Assembly (NCBI GenBank): GCA_051294375.1 | Contig: CM119269.1 | Span: forward strand, 6,461,552 to 6,525,551 | Length of the DNA: 64,000 nt | DNA from: Paraspadella gotoi | Lineage: Eukaryota; Animalia; Chaetognatha | Direction: 5' to 3' | In this document: piece by piece, positions 36,583-64,000 of the stretch | How the letters are laid out: each line of letters opens with the position of its first letter | How positions within the stretch are numbered: the stretch's first letter is position 1 | The notes under the pieces: generated by a model | Database searches by the model: none | Told to the model about the DNA's origin: nothing | What the model saw: only the letters and a program-made list of their open reading frames with translations | Made by a program: the position numbers and the translations under genes

Positions 36583-39500
36583 AATTTAATTCAGATCGTT
36601 TATTTTTTTATTGTTTGTTTATTTATTGACCAGTGTATTGGAAAAAAAATATCAAATCTCTTGCAGTTACTGCAAAAGTAAATTTTTTTGTTAATGATAC
36701 GTTTCAATGATGACAGCGCCTGTGTAAATGAAACGGTAAATGTAAAAGATGTTAGGCTCGACTCTTTCTCTCGGTTCAGAATAAGGGCTTTTTTGATAAG
36801 TAGTATCTATGTTCTCTTTCTCCCGCCTCAATCTCCGAGAATTTCGCGAGGCGCGTTATAGTTTTCTATTGAACTCTCACCAAAATTGTTCGCCCGGAGA
36901 AACTTCGTTCTCACGAGTCTCCCAGGGATTGTTCAAATAAGTCAATAAACGTTTCAAATATTTGATATCTACTTTTACTTTGTCTCGTGCGACTCAAGTT
37001 AGTACATTTCGTTACGGGCGAATCAACGACGTTGGTCTCCGCGGGCGCGAAGTCTCAAATAACTTCACAGTAACGGTAAACAAGATGTCTAGGGCATGTA
37101 CGAAGGTCTCCCCTGATGGTTCCAAGTAGTTTCCCGAATTGTTTTTTTTCTGTTAATTAAATCGATCTAAGGTTCATACGTGTACAGAAAATGAACTCTA
37201 GCGACTTCAACTCTCATCCGCTAAATCCGCTAAGATTCATGATGCTCGATTCGCCACCGTGGTGGTCTTAAAAATTTTTATAATTAATGTTGTCGCGAAT
37301 CTCATTTTTTAAAAAATCTCTCGATGAATGTTCATTGTTCGACCAAAAGTCTATGAATCTAACACTTCTCTAGTCTACTACATTCTTTAACTCCGCCTAA
37401 TATATTTTCATTGCCCTTTAGTTTAAATGTGGTAAATCTGTTTATAACCAATGACAATAATTTTTCTCTCTGATCAATTAAATTATGATTGGTGGCTGTA
37501 ACCATTATCGTATGTAATATATCTAAGCGGTAAGCATCTTCCCCGAAGTCAAAACTATTTTTAGAATGCTAGGGTTTTTAATGATTACAGATCAACTGCA
37601 AATGAAATGTTTTTTTTTTTCCCCGATGACATCGCCTCGTGACGAAATGAACTCGAGTGCTTCAACTCTCATCTGATGAATCTTTGTCGATTAAGATTGG
37701 AGACTGGAGAGTGAATCTTCGTCGGTGTCGTCGTCTTCGTCGTCGTCGTCGTCGTCGTCGCGACTCCCACGCCTCTTACCAAGATTTATGGTGCAACGAG
37801 GCTCTCGTCGTCCTCGTTAACGTCGTCGTCGTCGTCGCGGTTCTTGTCAACTTCGAGGCAAAAAAAAAAAGTGAAGGAAGATGTTGTTTTTTTTTTTCTG
37901 ACGTGAAGACGGTGAGAGAGAAAAAGGAGAGAGGGTTCAGGGAAAAAAGTGAAGGAAGGAACGTCACGAGAAAAAAGAGAATTATCTTAAAAGGCAAAAT
38001 TGATTAAAAAGTATTTTAAAAAGTCGAATGCCGATAGGAATGACAAGTTAAAATGTTTTAAATTTGTCATCGACTAAATTCAGATTGTGTGACACACATT
38101 TTCTTTTGAAGGAAATGAACAAAAAAAAAAGGACTAGAAAAAGAAAGGAAAGAAATAGAGGAATCGTACCTAAAATAATAAAAGGAAAGAAACAACATCT
38201 GCTGCAGTCAGCATTTCGTTCTCTTCTTCCTCCTTTTCCTCCTCCTCCTCCTCCTCTTCCTCGGTCGTGTTTTCCTCAATTTTTTTCAGAGATGAAATTA
38301 TTTTTTCGATGATTTTTTTCGCAAAGAGGAAAGTGACGTTTTTTCGATCCGTGAGATCGTTTTCGCTTCAGGGATAAATAGAAGAAAGGAGGGATAAAGT
38401 CGACGCGGGAGAAATAAAGGTTATAGTCATCGATTGTCCTTTGATGGAAACCATAATTAATGACAGAAAGGCAAAGCTGATTTTTTCCAGCGTTTAGTAT
38501 CTATTTTTAAAAAGAACTAAACATTTAATTCACACTTGATAGTATTCGTCATCCAACCGATTTTTATAATTTAAAAGGTTCTGTGGAAGCCAAATAGAGA
38601 TATCAATTCAGTTATCATTTTAAACTTACAAAAATTAGATGACAAAAGTTTTTTTTTGAAAGTGTTTATGTTATCGGAAAATTGCTTTCTTGATCCTCAA
38701 TAACGAAGTTTTTTTTTCTTTTAGAGTAAAACGAAATAGTTTTCGATTCAATTCTCATCGAAAACTAAAAATGATGGAAACTGAAAGACGAAAAAAAAAA
38801 TATGGAAATTCGAGCGTCGAATCGCGTCTGAGGCGCGAGATGGGCGTGGCCGGCGTGGCGGGCGTGACGGGCGAGGAAGGCGTGACACTTTTATGAAGTA
38901 AATGATGACGAAGAAGTTTGGGCGTCGAAGGAAGAGATCAACGAATGAGACATTGATGCATATTACATATACATTGCTTCTTGGCTAAGGAGATTACTGA
39001 TAAAAAATGTAGAGAATGGATAATTCTACTGTCCTTACAACTATTAGTAATCAACCGAGATATATATATATATATACGAAAATTCAGAACTAACACGATT
39101 GATTAAGTTATCAAGAGGAAACGGTATTTAGATTTAACATTTAGATTTAGCCGCTGAACAGGTCCACTCCTCCCCCCACCCGCTCCCCCACGGTGAAGAG
39201 GTTCACTTCTCTCTCCTCGTGAAACTGAAAGGATCCTTCGCTTCTCAGAATCTCCTACGCAACAACCATTTCGCCTCAGACATCGTTAGAACAAATTTGA
39301 TGCATATAGAATGATGATGGTTGTTTGCGCCCCCTACCCTCCCTTTTTGCTTTTTTTTTTTGAATGGCTTGGCCGCTATAAGCGACTCAATTGAGAGATA
39401 TTTTAGTTAGATTTTGAAAGAGTAAACTCTTTTTTAATGTTTTGACAGACTTTTTCTTGTGACTTGCTGTTGAAGCTGAAATATTTTTTTTTAAATTATC

Positions 39501-40206
39501 GGCCGACAGATTCACGTTATCTTTTTTTCCATATAGTTGATTTATCTAACAACCTTCCTATAAAATTTGAGCGTTATTAGTATTTTTTCCTCGACGGCGA
39601 ATTTTTTATTCTTTTTTTTGAGGTCTTTATGCCCGGATTATATTCAGGACGAGCGAAAGCCTTGAATGAAGAGATAAGCTTATAAACGACGGGAAGAAAG
39701 AAACGGTTTTTTTAAAAACACTTTATTAATAATAATAATAACAACGGTAGCATCGAGACAAGTTTAGATAAACATATCGATTTGATGTTATTTTTTTTCA
39801 TAATTTTTTTTTCGTACGACGTACAGTAGTATCACATTATTTTTAAAAATAGGAAAAATATCTTTTAGGCCAGTGGTCGCCAAATAACTAGTGCCATATT
39901 TGGCATTAGCCTTCTATCGAAAAGCATAGCAATAGCCGTTCATTGCCAGAGATATCATGCTTGACATGAGGTTACGTGAGGTGAGGTTAGGGTTATGACG
40001 CTTCGTGGTAAGTTAGAATTTTCCACTTTCACTCAATGCAAAATTGCGACATTCGGGTCAACCGCTATGATAAATATTAAATTGTGAATGATATTTTATA
40101 TATATATTGCAGGTAAAACATTAAATGAGAAGCTGATTTTGGACTATCGTTCCGACCACCGTAAGCACAAACAGTAAGGAATCAACTCCCAGCTCGTTTC
40201 AATCAT

Positions 40207-40366
40207 CTACTCATTCTTAGGGGTGGTCGGTGGAGGGCAGAAGTTTGGGATAGGGGGGCGTTTTTTGGGAGGAGGGCGAGCGGCGAGGGATGACGATCTG
40301 AAGATGATCGTCGAGGATGACGCGACGAACTTGGAACCAGATTTGGTCCTGGCCACAGTTTCGAAC
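40207..40366 (-). CDS. Candidate alternative terminal exon of the ANO10-like gene
   Basis: Acceptor ctctttccAG at 40368-40367; open to TAG at 40207; phase matches a GC donor AG|GCGAGT at 42244; AATAAA (minus) at 39722-39727 lies downstream. Confidence 0.35.
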
Positions 40367-42159
40367 CTGGAAAGAGTCTCGTTCGGCGTCAATTAAGTTG
40401 GGAGGAGTTTTTAACGGAAGGAATATAAAAAGCGTTGTCTTGTGAAATAGCTTACAAGTTTAACTGTTTATAAAATATACATTTCATTCAGCCTCTAAAT
40501 TTTGTTATTTCAAACTTAACGTCTTTTCTTTCATATCATCTGTTTTTTACATTTAATCTTAATTATCAAAAATCAAAATTTTTTAAAAAAAAAGACAGTT
40601 TTTTCGAACTAAAGTTTTGATTCAAGTTGCAGTTGACCAGAATGTGATTGTACGCAAATCAAAATTTTGTTTGGTTGTACGCAAATCAAAATTTTTTTAT
40701 TGATAAAATTCTGAAACAGCAGAACAACAGTGCGAACCAAATACTGCATGAAAAAGTGGTAATGCCACCGGGTTTCCCTTTAGTTAAAAGTGCACGCATA
40801 GAAAAACACAGCTCGAAAAATTTTTTGGATATCTCTGACAAAATAGTTCAAAGTATTAATGAAAATAATTCTGTTTTAAATATTTTATTTCAACGAAAAG
40901 AAATATCTATTCTACTAATATAGTACAATTTTGTGATCATTAAAAGATAAAAGTGGCAGGTTAAGAATTAAATTAGCACACTTAAAAGAAAGGTCAAAAT
41001 CTGAAGATTGCCAATCAGATTATAAGCCAGAAACGGATAGAGAAGAGGAATGCATGATGCTTCAATAATAAACTGTTCACCTAAGGTGAATAAATAAATA
41101 GTTGGATAAAGGAGATATGAAAAAGCTAAGCTTCTTGCTTTTTTTAACTTTTTAATTGAAGAATATTATTTTGTTTCACCTTAGGTGAGACCTTTGCACA
41201 TAGCACAGTGGTTAAAAAGTCATGCCCAGCTAAATCTAAAAGCTAAGATTTGACATCTTGATTATACCTATCATTTATCCGTTTTTTGACCCTGGAAAAT
41301 AAAAGAAAAATCAATATAAATTAAAATAAAAGATCTGCTTTAGTTATGGTTTTCTCAATACATATTATGCGATGTAATAAATACTGTTGAGCAAAAACGA
41401 TAACACTTTGAAAGACACACTGGAAAGGAGAATAAAGTTTGTTAATTAATTGGGACTATATTAAAGCTAGTCAGTAAATAATCACAAGTAAACACTATTT
41501 ACTAAGATAAATTTGACATTATATATATAAAACGAGAATAAATAGAAATAGGGAGGCACTTTTAAAATGACAAGAATGGACGACATACAACTTTTTTATT
41601 TTTATTTGTTTTTTTTCATAGCAGTATGAATGTAATAAAGAGATTCTTTTGGAGGACAGAAAAAGGATTTTAAATATGCTGCAAACTCTTTAAGCTATAA
41701 AACGCCAATGGAACAAACGAAAAAAATAATAAATATGCTGCCTTATAAATATAGAACGTCGAAAAATATAAGCTTCGGATATTGGCGTACTATTAGCGTC
41801 AATTAGACCAGGAGGCCCGGGACAATTAGCCGAGGAGACAACGCAGTCAAAATTTGTCGAAATTCAGAAATTAAATTCACACCAGACGTTTTGAGCTACG
41901 TACATACATTTGAAAAGCGTGATTTAATGCTACGGGTAGACAGACGACAGACGGACATTGTGTAAGAGATGATTATTTAATATGATCTTAAATGAGATTG
42001 AATCTCACAATCTCATTTACATATTGCAGTATTAAATCTATATGTGTCTAATTTCATTTTGGATTTTGATATTAGTTCTGTTTCATAGTTTTCTAGCAGC
42101 TAAATATAGTCTTTAGGACATTGCTCCTCTCCAGACTGCGTCATCTTCCCTTTTTCTCT

Positions 42160-50607
<8,448 letters not shown>

Positions 50608-51253
50608 TCTCTCCGTCGAGCTGTCGCGAGGATGGGACCTTGTGCGATTTTGCTGCAATGCTTCGCAGCGTGCTGCAAGTTGCTACGACTTGCGGAAAAG
50701 TGCAAAAAAAGAAGTGCAGATACTGAATGAGTTACATAGCCGAGCCCGAAATTGGCGGTGAGGACTTTTGAAGAACTTGTTATTTACATTTTTTTTTATG
50801 TTCCCAGGTTTTTCTAGTTTAATTAAAAACAAAAGTACATCACGGACGGAAACGCCGATTAATAGCGACATCTGTCGGACTGATGAAGAGTTAACGAAAA
50901 GGAATCATGAGTCTTATTTATCATCATAATAATAATGTGATCGTTTCATTTAGTAACAATTTCTCTTGGCAATATATATGTTTATGGTCAAGATAAAATA
51001 TTTAAAATAATAATAAAAAAATGATTATATAATGACAATCCTGGCTCAAAAAATTCTTGTTTTTCTCCTTATAAGTTATAAGGAGAAAAAACAAGAATCT
51101 TTATATTATTTTTATATTGTTATAATAGAACATGAAGAAATAAAAATATATTATCTGCAGGTGAAATATTTAATGCTAAATTTTGCTATCAGTCGTCAAG
51201 TGGGTAGGTGATGTTAAATTCTACTCGCTAATAGAATAGAACAATTTCAACTT

Positions 51254-51343
51254 CCCTTGATAGCTCAGTTGGTAGAGCGGAGGACTGTAGTGGTCTGCAT
51301 ATCAGAAATCCTTAGGTCGCTGGTTCGAATCCGGCTCGAGGGA
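51254..51343 (+). tRNA. tRNA-Tyr(GTA) with 17-nt intron
   Basis: CCCTTGA TAGCTCAGTTGGTAGAGCGGAGGACTGTAG [intron 51291-51307] ATCCTTAGGTCGCTGGTTCGAATCCGGC TCGAGGG A. Acceptor stem pairs, mature length 73 nt, T-run terminator follows. Confidence 0.97.
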
Positions 51344-51346
51344 TAC

Positions 51347-51353
51347 TTTTTTT
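51347..51353 (+). terminator. Pol III terminator (T-run) of tRNA-Tyr
   Basis: T7 run starting 4 nt after the discriminator base. Confidence 0.8.
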
Positions 51354-51663
51354 AAAAAAAGTTATTAAAATTATAGAAAATTAACAATATTCCATCCTTG
51401 AAAATACATCACAATTTCAGGTTTTTATCGCAGCCCGGAGATTCATTTTTTTGTCATATCGAAAAAGAGGAGATAAAAAACCTGGCATATTTTTAAATAA
51501 TATTACTTATCACGATATTGTTTAAAAAAAAATCGACTAGAATCTGTTAATTTTTTCATCATCATTTATTAAAAGTAAAAAGTCAAAAGATCTTTGTAGG
51601 ATTTGTTCACGAATATAGGAAAACTTTAAGGTTTTGATCGATAAGCTTGAAGATCATGAGAAC

Positions 51664-51732
<69 letters not shown>

Positions 51733-51910
51733 GATTAAGTGATTAGTCGACGATTGGAGCGCAAAGAGAGAGATGGAGTCGGTCGGAGAAAGTGAGGCGG
51801 ACGAGGTGAGTTTTTTTTCCTCAAAGAAAATCGCGCGGGTTTTTTTTTGAGTCTGCGGAGAAGGAGGGAAATCACGGAAGCCCAACGCATACAAAGGAAC
51901 AAGGCAAGGA

Positions 51911-52017
<107 letters not shown>

Positions 52018-52481
52018 CTCCGCCCCCTCTCCCCCCCTTTCACCCCCCCCCCCCCCTTTTTGTGCATCTCGTCGAGGAAAACTTCAATTATCTCTTGTAA
52101 ACGACGACGACGACGACGACGTCGACTAACATAATGTCCGCTTGGAATTTACTCACTTTCAGTTTTCCCGATCTCGCTGCATTGTACAAATGACGATTTC
52201 AGACAAGAGAACCGGTTAAATCTAGAGTTATATTAAATATCTCTTTAATTCATTTTTAAATGTTTTATTTGTTCCTATTAATCATTCCTCAGTTGGGACG
52301 ATGTCCTACCCTAGGGCCTAAAGCCTACATGGAAATTACAAGTTTAGTCACATGACAAACACACGATGTGGCCTACCTACGCCGACCCTGCGACCCTCTG
52401 TCTCATTCACGAACTCTCTTCCTTTCTCTTTCATCGGAAAGAGGGATTAGTTTTACCAAGAAGCTGAATCGGGCAATGGGG

Positions 52482-52561
52482 TGGTCGGCAGGGCGGTCGG
52501 CAGAGCGGTCGACAGGGCGGTCGGCAGGGCGGTCGCCAGGGCGGCCGGTAGAGCGGTCGGT
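52482..52561. repeat. 12-bp repeat (GGCGGTCGGCAG)n
   Basis: Direct inspection. Confidence 0.8.
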
Positions 52562-52671
52562 AAAACGATCGAAAATGTTCTTGGAGAGTCAAGTAGACGT
52601 AAGTGTGCAAAAGCATCGAAGGCTTGTTTGGAAGAGTTATCAAATGGTTGTGTCCCCTTACGATTCTTTTG

Positions 52672-52794
<123 letters not shown>

Positions 52795-54040
52795 CAAGGT
52801 AAGAAATTATATTATATTAAACTATATTATTTTATTCTCGCCTATTTTTGATTCCATGTATTTTAACAGTGGAGCACCGCTCTGCTCCCTCTTCCATGAA
52901 TTTTTTTCGGCGCTTTTCTTTTTTTCTTTTTTTTTTAAACGAATTCTTTCTCTTTTTTTTTTCACGAAATGTTTTAGTGATAACTGATCAAGCTGAATAT
53001 GACCAGTAAACATATAAACTTGTTATAAACATTGCTTAAACTCTTTCAATCTAATCTTACCAATTCATCGTTGTTCATCCTTCTGGTTCCACCACTCGCT
53101 TCCACCCCCTCCCCCCTCCTGTCCACCACCGGGTGGTTCTGGGTGGCCGGATCCTGTCGCGGACGGGATTAGGAAGACTCGAAAGATTTTCGAGGACGAT
53201 CGGCGAACGACGAGAGCGGTTGACAAGAAAGAGGGGAGGGGGACGGAAGAGGTGGGGGAGCGGTTCCGCGGGGCGACTCTTTTCGACGGAAGGGGGGAGG
53301 GGGGAGAGTGTGAACCGGTGAATAGAAAATCACAGAGAAGCCGAAAGCCCGGCCTCTCCGCCCCCCCCTTTTCAATCGGCTATCCGAGCTTCTCTTCCCC
53401 GGACCGATTATCTTGGGCTCAGCCCCGACGGTCTTGAGAGTTCGCGAGTGAGTTTTCCGCGACCAAATGCGGAGGACAACAGCTCCGCCCTCCGATCGAT
53501 CTTTTGTCCGTCAAAGACCGGGAGCGGCCTCTTCGCTCCACCTTCTTTGGATTTCCCCCCCTTTTCTTTTTTTTTTTGTCAACGAATACCCGACGGGGCT
53601 CCACCCTATTTTCTGGTGGATGGGGGGGGGTTCTTCTCACAGGCGAAACACTTCACTCTTCCATCGAAAACCTGTACTCTTGGTTTCTTTGGTTTGCGAT
53701 TATGATCTTCCGGAAGCCGCTTCTGGACGCCAGACAAGATTGTCATTGATAAATGACCACTGTATTTTTAGGAATAATATCTTGGAATTTAATTGTTCGA
53801 TTAAAGGCAACCGTGTATATGGTCTATTTTTTAATCTCTGCGTATACTATAAGTATTACTAGTAAACATGAATATAGGGCTGAAAAAAAAATAAACAGTT
53901 AGAAATTTATACTTTTAGGTATGAAAAAATATGCAATATTGAAGAGCTTAATAACATTAGTTTCAAAAAATATATACTTATTTATCGACTAAGCATTGAA
54001 AAACAGATTCATAAAGAAAAAGAGAAATAGTGCGAGAGAG

Positions 54041-54090
<50 letters not shown>

Positions 54091-55820
54091 TGGGAGCGAC
54101 GTTAATCGGATTCCTTCGTGTCCTTTTATTCTTTTTTGTTTCCTTTTCTTCTCCTCCTCCTTTTCAATTTCGTTGTCTTTTGTTTGGGGAATCTTTTGTC
54201 GTTTGAGGAACTTGACACCAGGGGATTTGCCTGAGACTTCCGTAGTCGTGAGAGAAAGCCTGGGAATCGACGTTTATAACTATTTACGATCAAACAAAAC
54301 GGAATTAACAATAATTTTTAAGCGACATAATTTGGCAGCTTGTAATTGGACATTCAATGAACCTAGTGACAGTGTGAAGGAAGAGTGTCACAGCGTTTGA
54401 GATCCAGTGATCCAGTGTAGAGCCTCTCACGATACTGCACTTCTATCCTATCCTCTAATTCGCAAAAAGTATCCGTGTTTTTGAATCGACCACAATCTGG
54501 GTTTACCTTTAAGACCCTGCCCTTGGTCTCCGATCTCGAGAAAAACAGAGGCGGCAAAATTGCAAGCTATATTCTGGGGAGGGGGGGTGTTCAGTTCTTC
54601 AGGAAATGCAGGGATAAATAAAAGAATGGTTGACCCGGAGAGAGTGTTATCGTTTACTTCGTTTAAATTAACGCATTTAATGTCTAACGTTCTTAAACTA
54701 CGGAAAGCTGCTTGGCGCTTAGATCTTACAATAGACGACTGCTACCAAGTAATTTTTACGCTATTGATTTCCTAATCACCGATTAATATTAATGACAACA
54801 ATTTTTTTTTCAAAGGATTTTATTATTTTATTGTTGCCAACAGCTTCGAAGCATATCTACAACATAAGGCGTAGTAACAACATTGGTATTAATTAGTTAA
54901 TACGTACAAATTTACAAAATTTTCTCTCTCTCTCTCTCTCTCTCTCCCTCTCGCCTCCACCTGTCGATATGGCACGAAGATAATGGGTATTTTTTTTTTA
55001 TAACAAAGGTTAATTCAATCAAACCGCATTTATTATCAACGACAATGAGAGATCTATTACATCTAACAAAAATAGCGAGCTTCTACAATCAACGTTTATC
55101 TTGGCCGAAGTTTTGAGATAATTTTGACAAAAATCCAAGGCTCATTATATCAAATCAATATACAAAAACACATTAAAATACAAAACATTAAATCTCAAAT
55201 CATCGGTCCGGGGTCAACTATGATCAGGTATTATCAAAGAATCATTGTAATAAATAAGTTGTATCACTTTTTACAAAAATTTTAAAAACATAAAAAAAAG
55301 CGCGAAGGAAACGAAGCAAAGGGGAAAATGTGGTTTTTTGTTTGTTTGTTTGTTTTTAAAAAAAACAACTATTGTATCGATTTTGATTAAGACGTGACGG
55401 GAACTGGGGCGTAGGGGGAGGGGGTAGGGGTTTTGGGAGAAAGTAGGAAATAAAGAAGAACGAATTGAGCAGACTGTCGATCGGAAAGGAGGAAAAGTTG
55501 AAACGAAATAACGAATCTTGCGTTGGGATCGAAAGAGAGAGAACGAGAGGGTGGGGGTAAACAAAACAACAAGAGCCATTGTGAGGGAGAAAAGGGGTGC
55601 GGAGGGGGGGGGGGAAGATGAGGAAGAAACGAGAGAAAAAAAATGAAAGGAGATTCGGATGAAAAATGCGAAGACGGGGAAAAAGTGGAAAACTTGGGCC
55701 GCAGGAGAAATCCGTTCGCCGGCGCCGCGAAAAAAAAAAGTAAAAAGAGTCATTGTCTCTCTCTCTCTCTCTATCGCCTCGTCTCGCGGCGCCGGGCGTC
55801 ATTCTCTGTGCCAACGCCAT

Positions 55821-62928
<7,108 letters not shown>

Positions 62929-63358
62929 CTGAAGGGCGAGAATTAGAAATTGTTATTTGATTCGTGAAATGAGTTCAAGAAAAGGATATGACAGTGAAAG
63001 TGAAAAGAATACGTAGTAGGATAGGCCAAAGCTTAGAAGACATATTCTATCACAGGGCGTGAACGAAAAAAAAACTTTTCCAGCGCCCACGCCCGTCGCC
63101 CATGAGCCACACCCATAGCTTTTTTTTTGACTCTCAGGCACCCAACCCACTATCCTCAAGTCACCTGACACACCTCCCCTCACTCCACGCCCAATCCACA
63201 ATCCCCCACTCAACACCCGTCAAACCTCCGCGCGTCTGATTTACTCGGATTTTCACGGATAATTTTTTTCGCTTTTACATCGAACTTCAAAAGCGGCGCT
63301 TTATTGGACGATCATCAAAGGCCTCGTAAAAGCGTCGAAGGAGCGTCGTGTTACTTCG

Positions 63359-63406
<48 letters not shown>

Positions 63407-64000
63407 GTCCTCCCGAGAAATTGCGCATCCGATTTCGCCCATCGACCCTTGCAAATCCGTTTTCCATTTTCCTCGACCTTAACTTCCGACGTCTCATAAA
63501 TATTATTTTTTCTCTGTTTTTACTGATCCATTTTGATGTCTTCATTTCATTAAAATTCGTTAATGTCATTTCAGTTTTTAGTTTTAAAATTAAATTACAT
63601 CATTGGGAAAGAAAATTCTAAAGAAACCAAATTCCGAAGAATTTCAAAATGGAAAAAAACTTTTCAAGTGGCTACCCTCACAAAAAAAAACCCAAAAAAA
63701 CCTCACATTCGAAATAACGCCTTTGATGTGATTGCCAAACTGTGGAATCAAAAATAAAACCACGCTAGTCCCGACTACGAAAGAGGCAATCAACTCCAGC
63801 TGTCAATGAATCCCAATTCATCACCGTCCACCTACGAAAATCACCACCGAGTTCACCAGAGATCTTTAAAAAGATCACAGCCACCCCACGGATTTTAATT
63901 CTTTCCCTTCTTTCGTGTCTTCATTTTAGGCACGAGTCACCCTTTACCACCGACACTTCTCTCCATCATCGAACCACCTTAAAAAACTACCACCACTATT

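Noticed and set aside
50875-50920. Hammerhead-like CTGATGA-N9-GAAA
   Set aside because: No stem II pairing and no valid stem I/III.

Overview
Eukaryotic DNA, very likely from an invertebrate metazoan: spliceosomal introns, GC-rich exons, AT-rich introns full of (GA)n/(CT)n and (ACG)n microsatellites, N-gaps and some indel-noisy segments. Most ORF-track entries are microsatellite artefacts. Four spliced genes were reconstructed by hand with phase-consistent GT-AG junctions. (1) A 5-exon MFS transporter (+, 21750-36582). (2) A 3-exon, AT-rich XK-related (Xkr-like) membrane protein gene (+, 26379-34757) nested on the same strand inside its 11.2-kb last intron. (3) A 16-exon anoctamin-10-like gene (-, 42160-50607). 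(4) The 3' five exons of a cysteine-rich clan-CD (C13/legumain-like) fold protein whose catalytic His/Cys appear replaced (-, 55821-62928). There is also an intron-containing tRNA-Tyr(GTA). Most notable signals: a 57-bp tandem array in the anoctamin gene that multiplies the exon end together with its 5' splice site in frame (8 in-frame donors); two copies of an LTR-like element ending in a long antisense copy of mature, CCA-bearing tRNA-Leu; a multi-level nesting of gene and transposons inside the MFS intron; and a young 325-bp head-to-tail dispersed repeat. Family assignments come from remembered motifs; no database searches were run.
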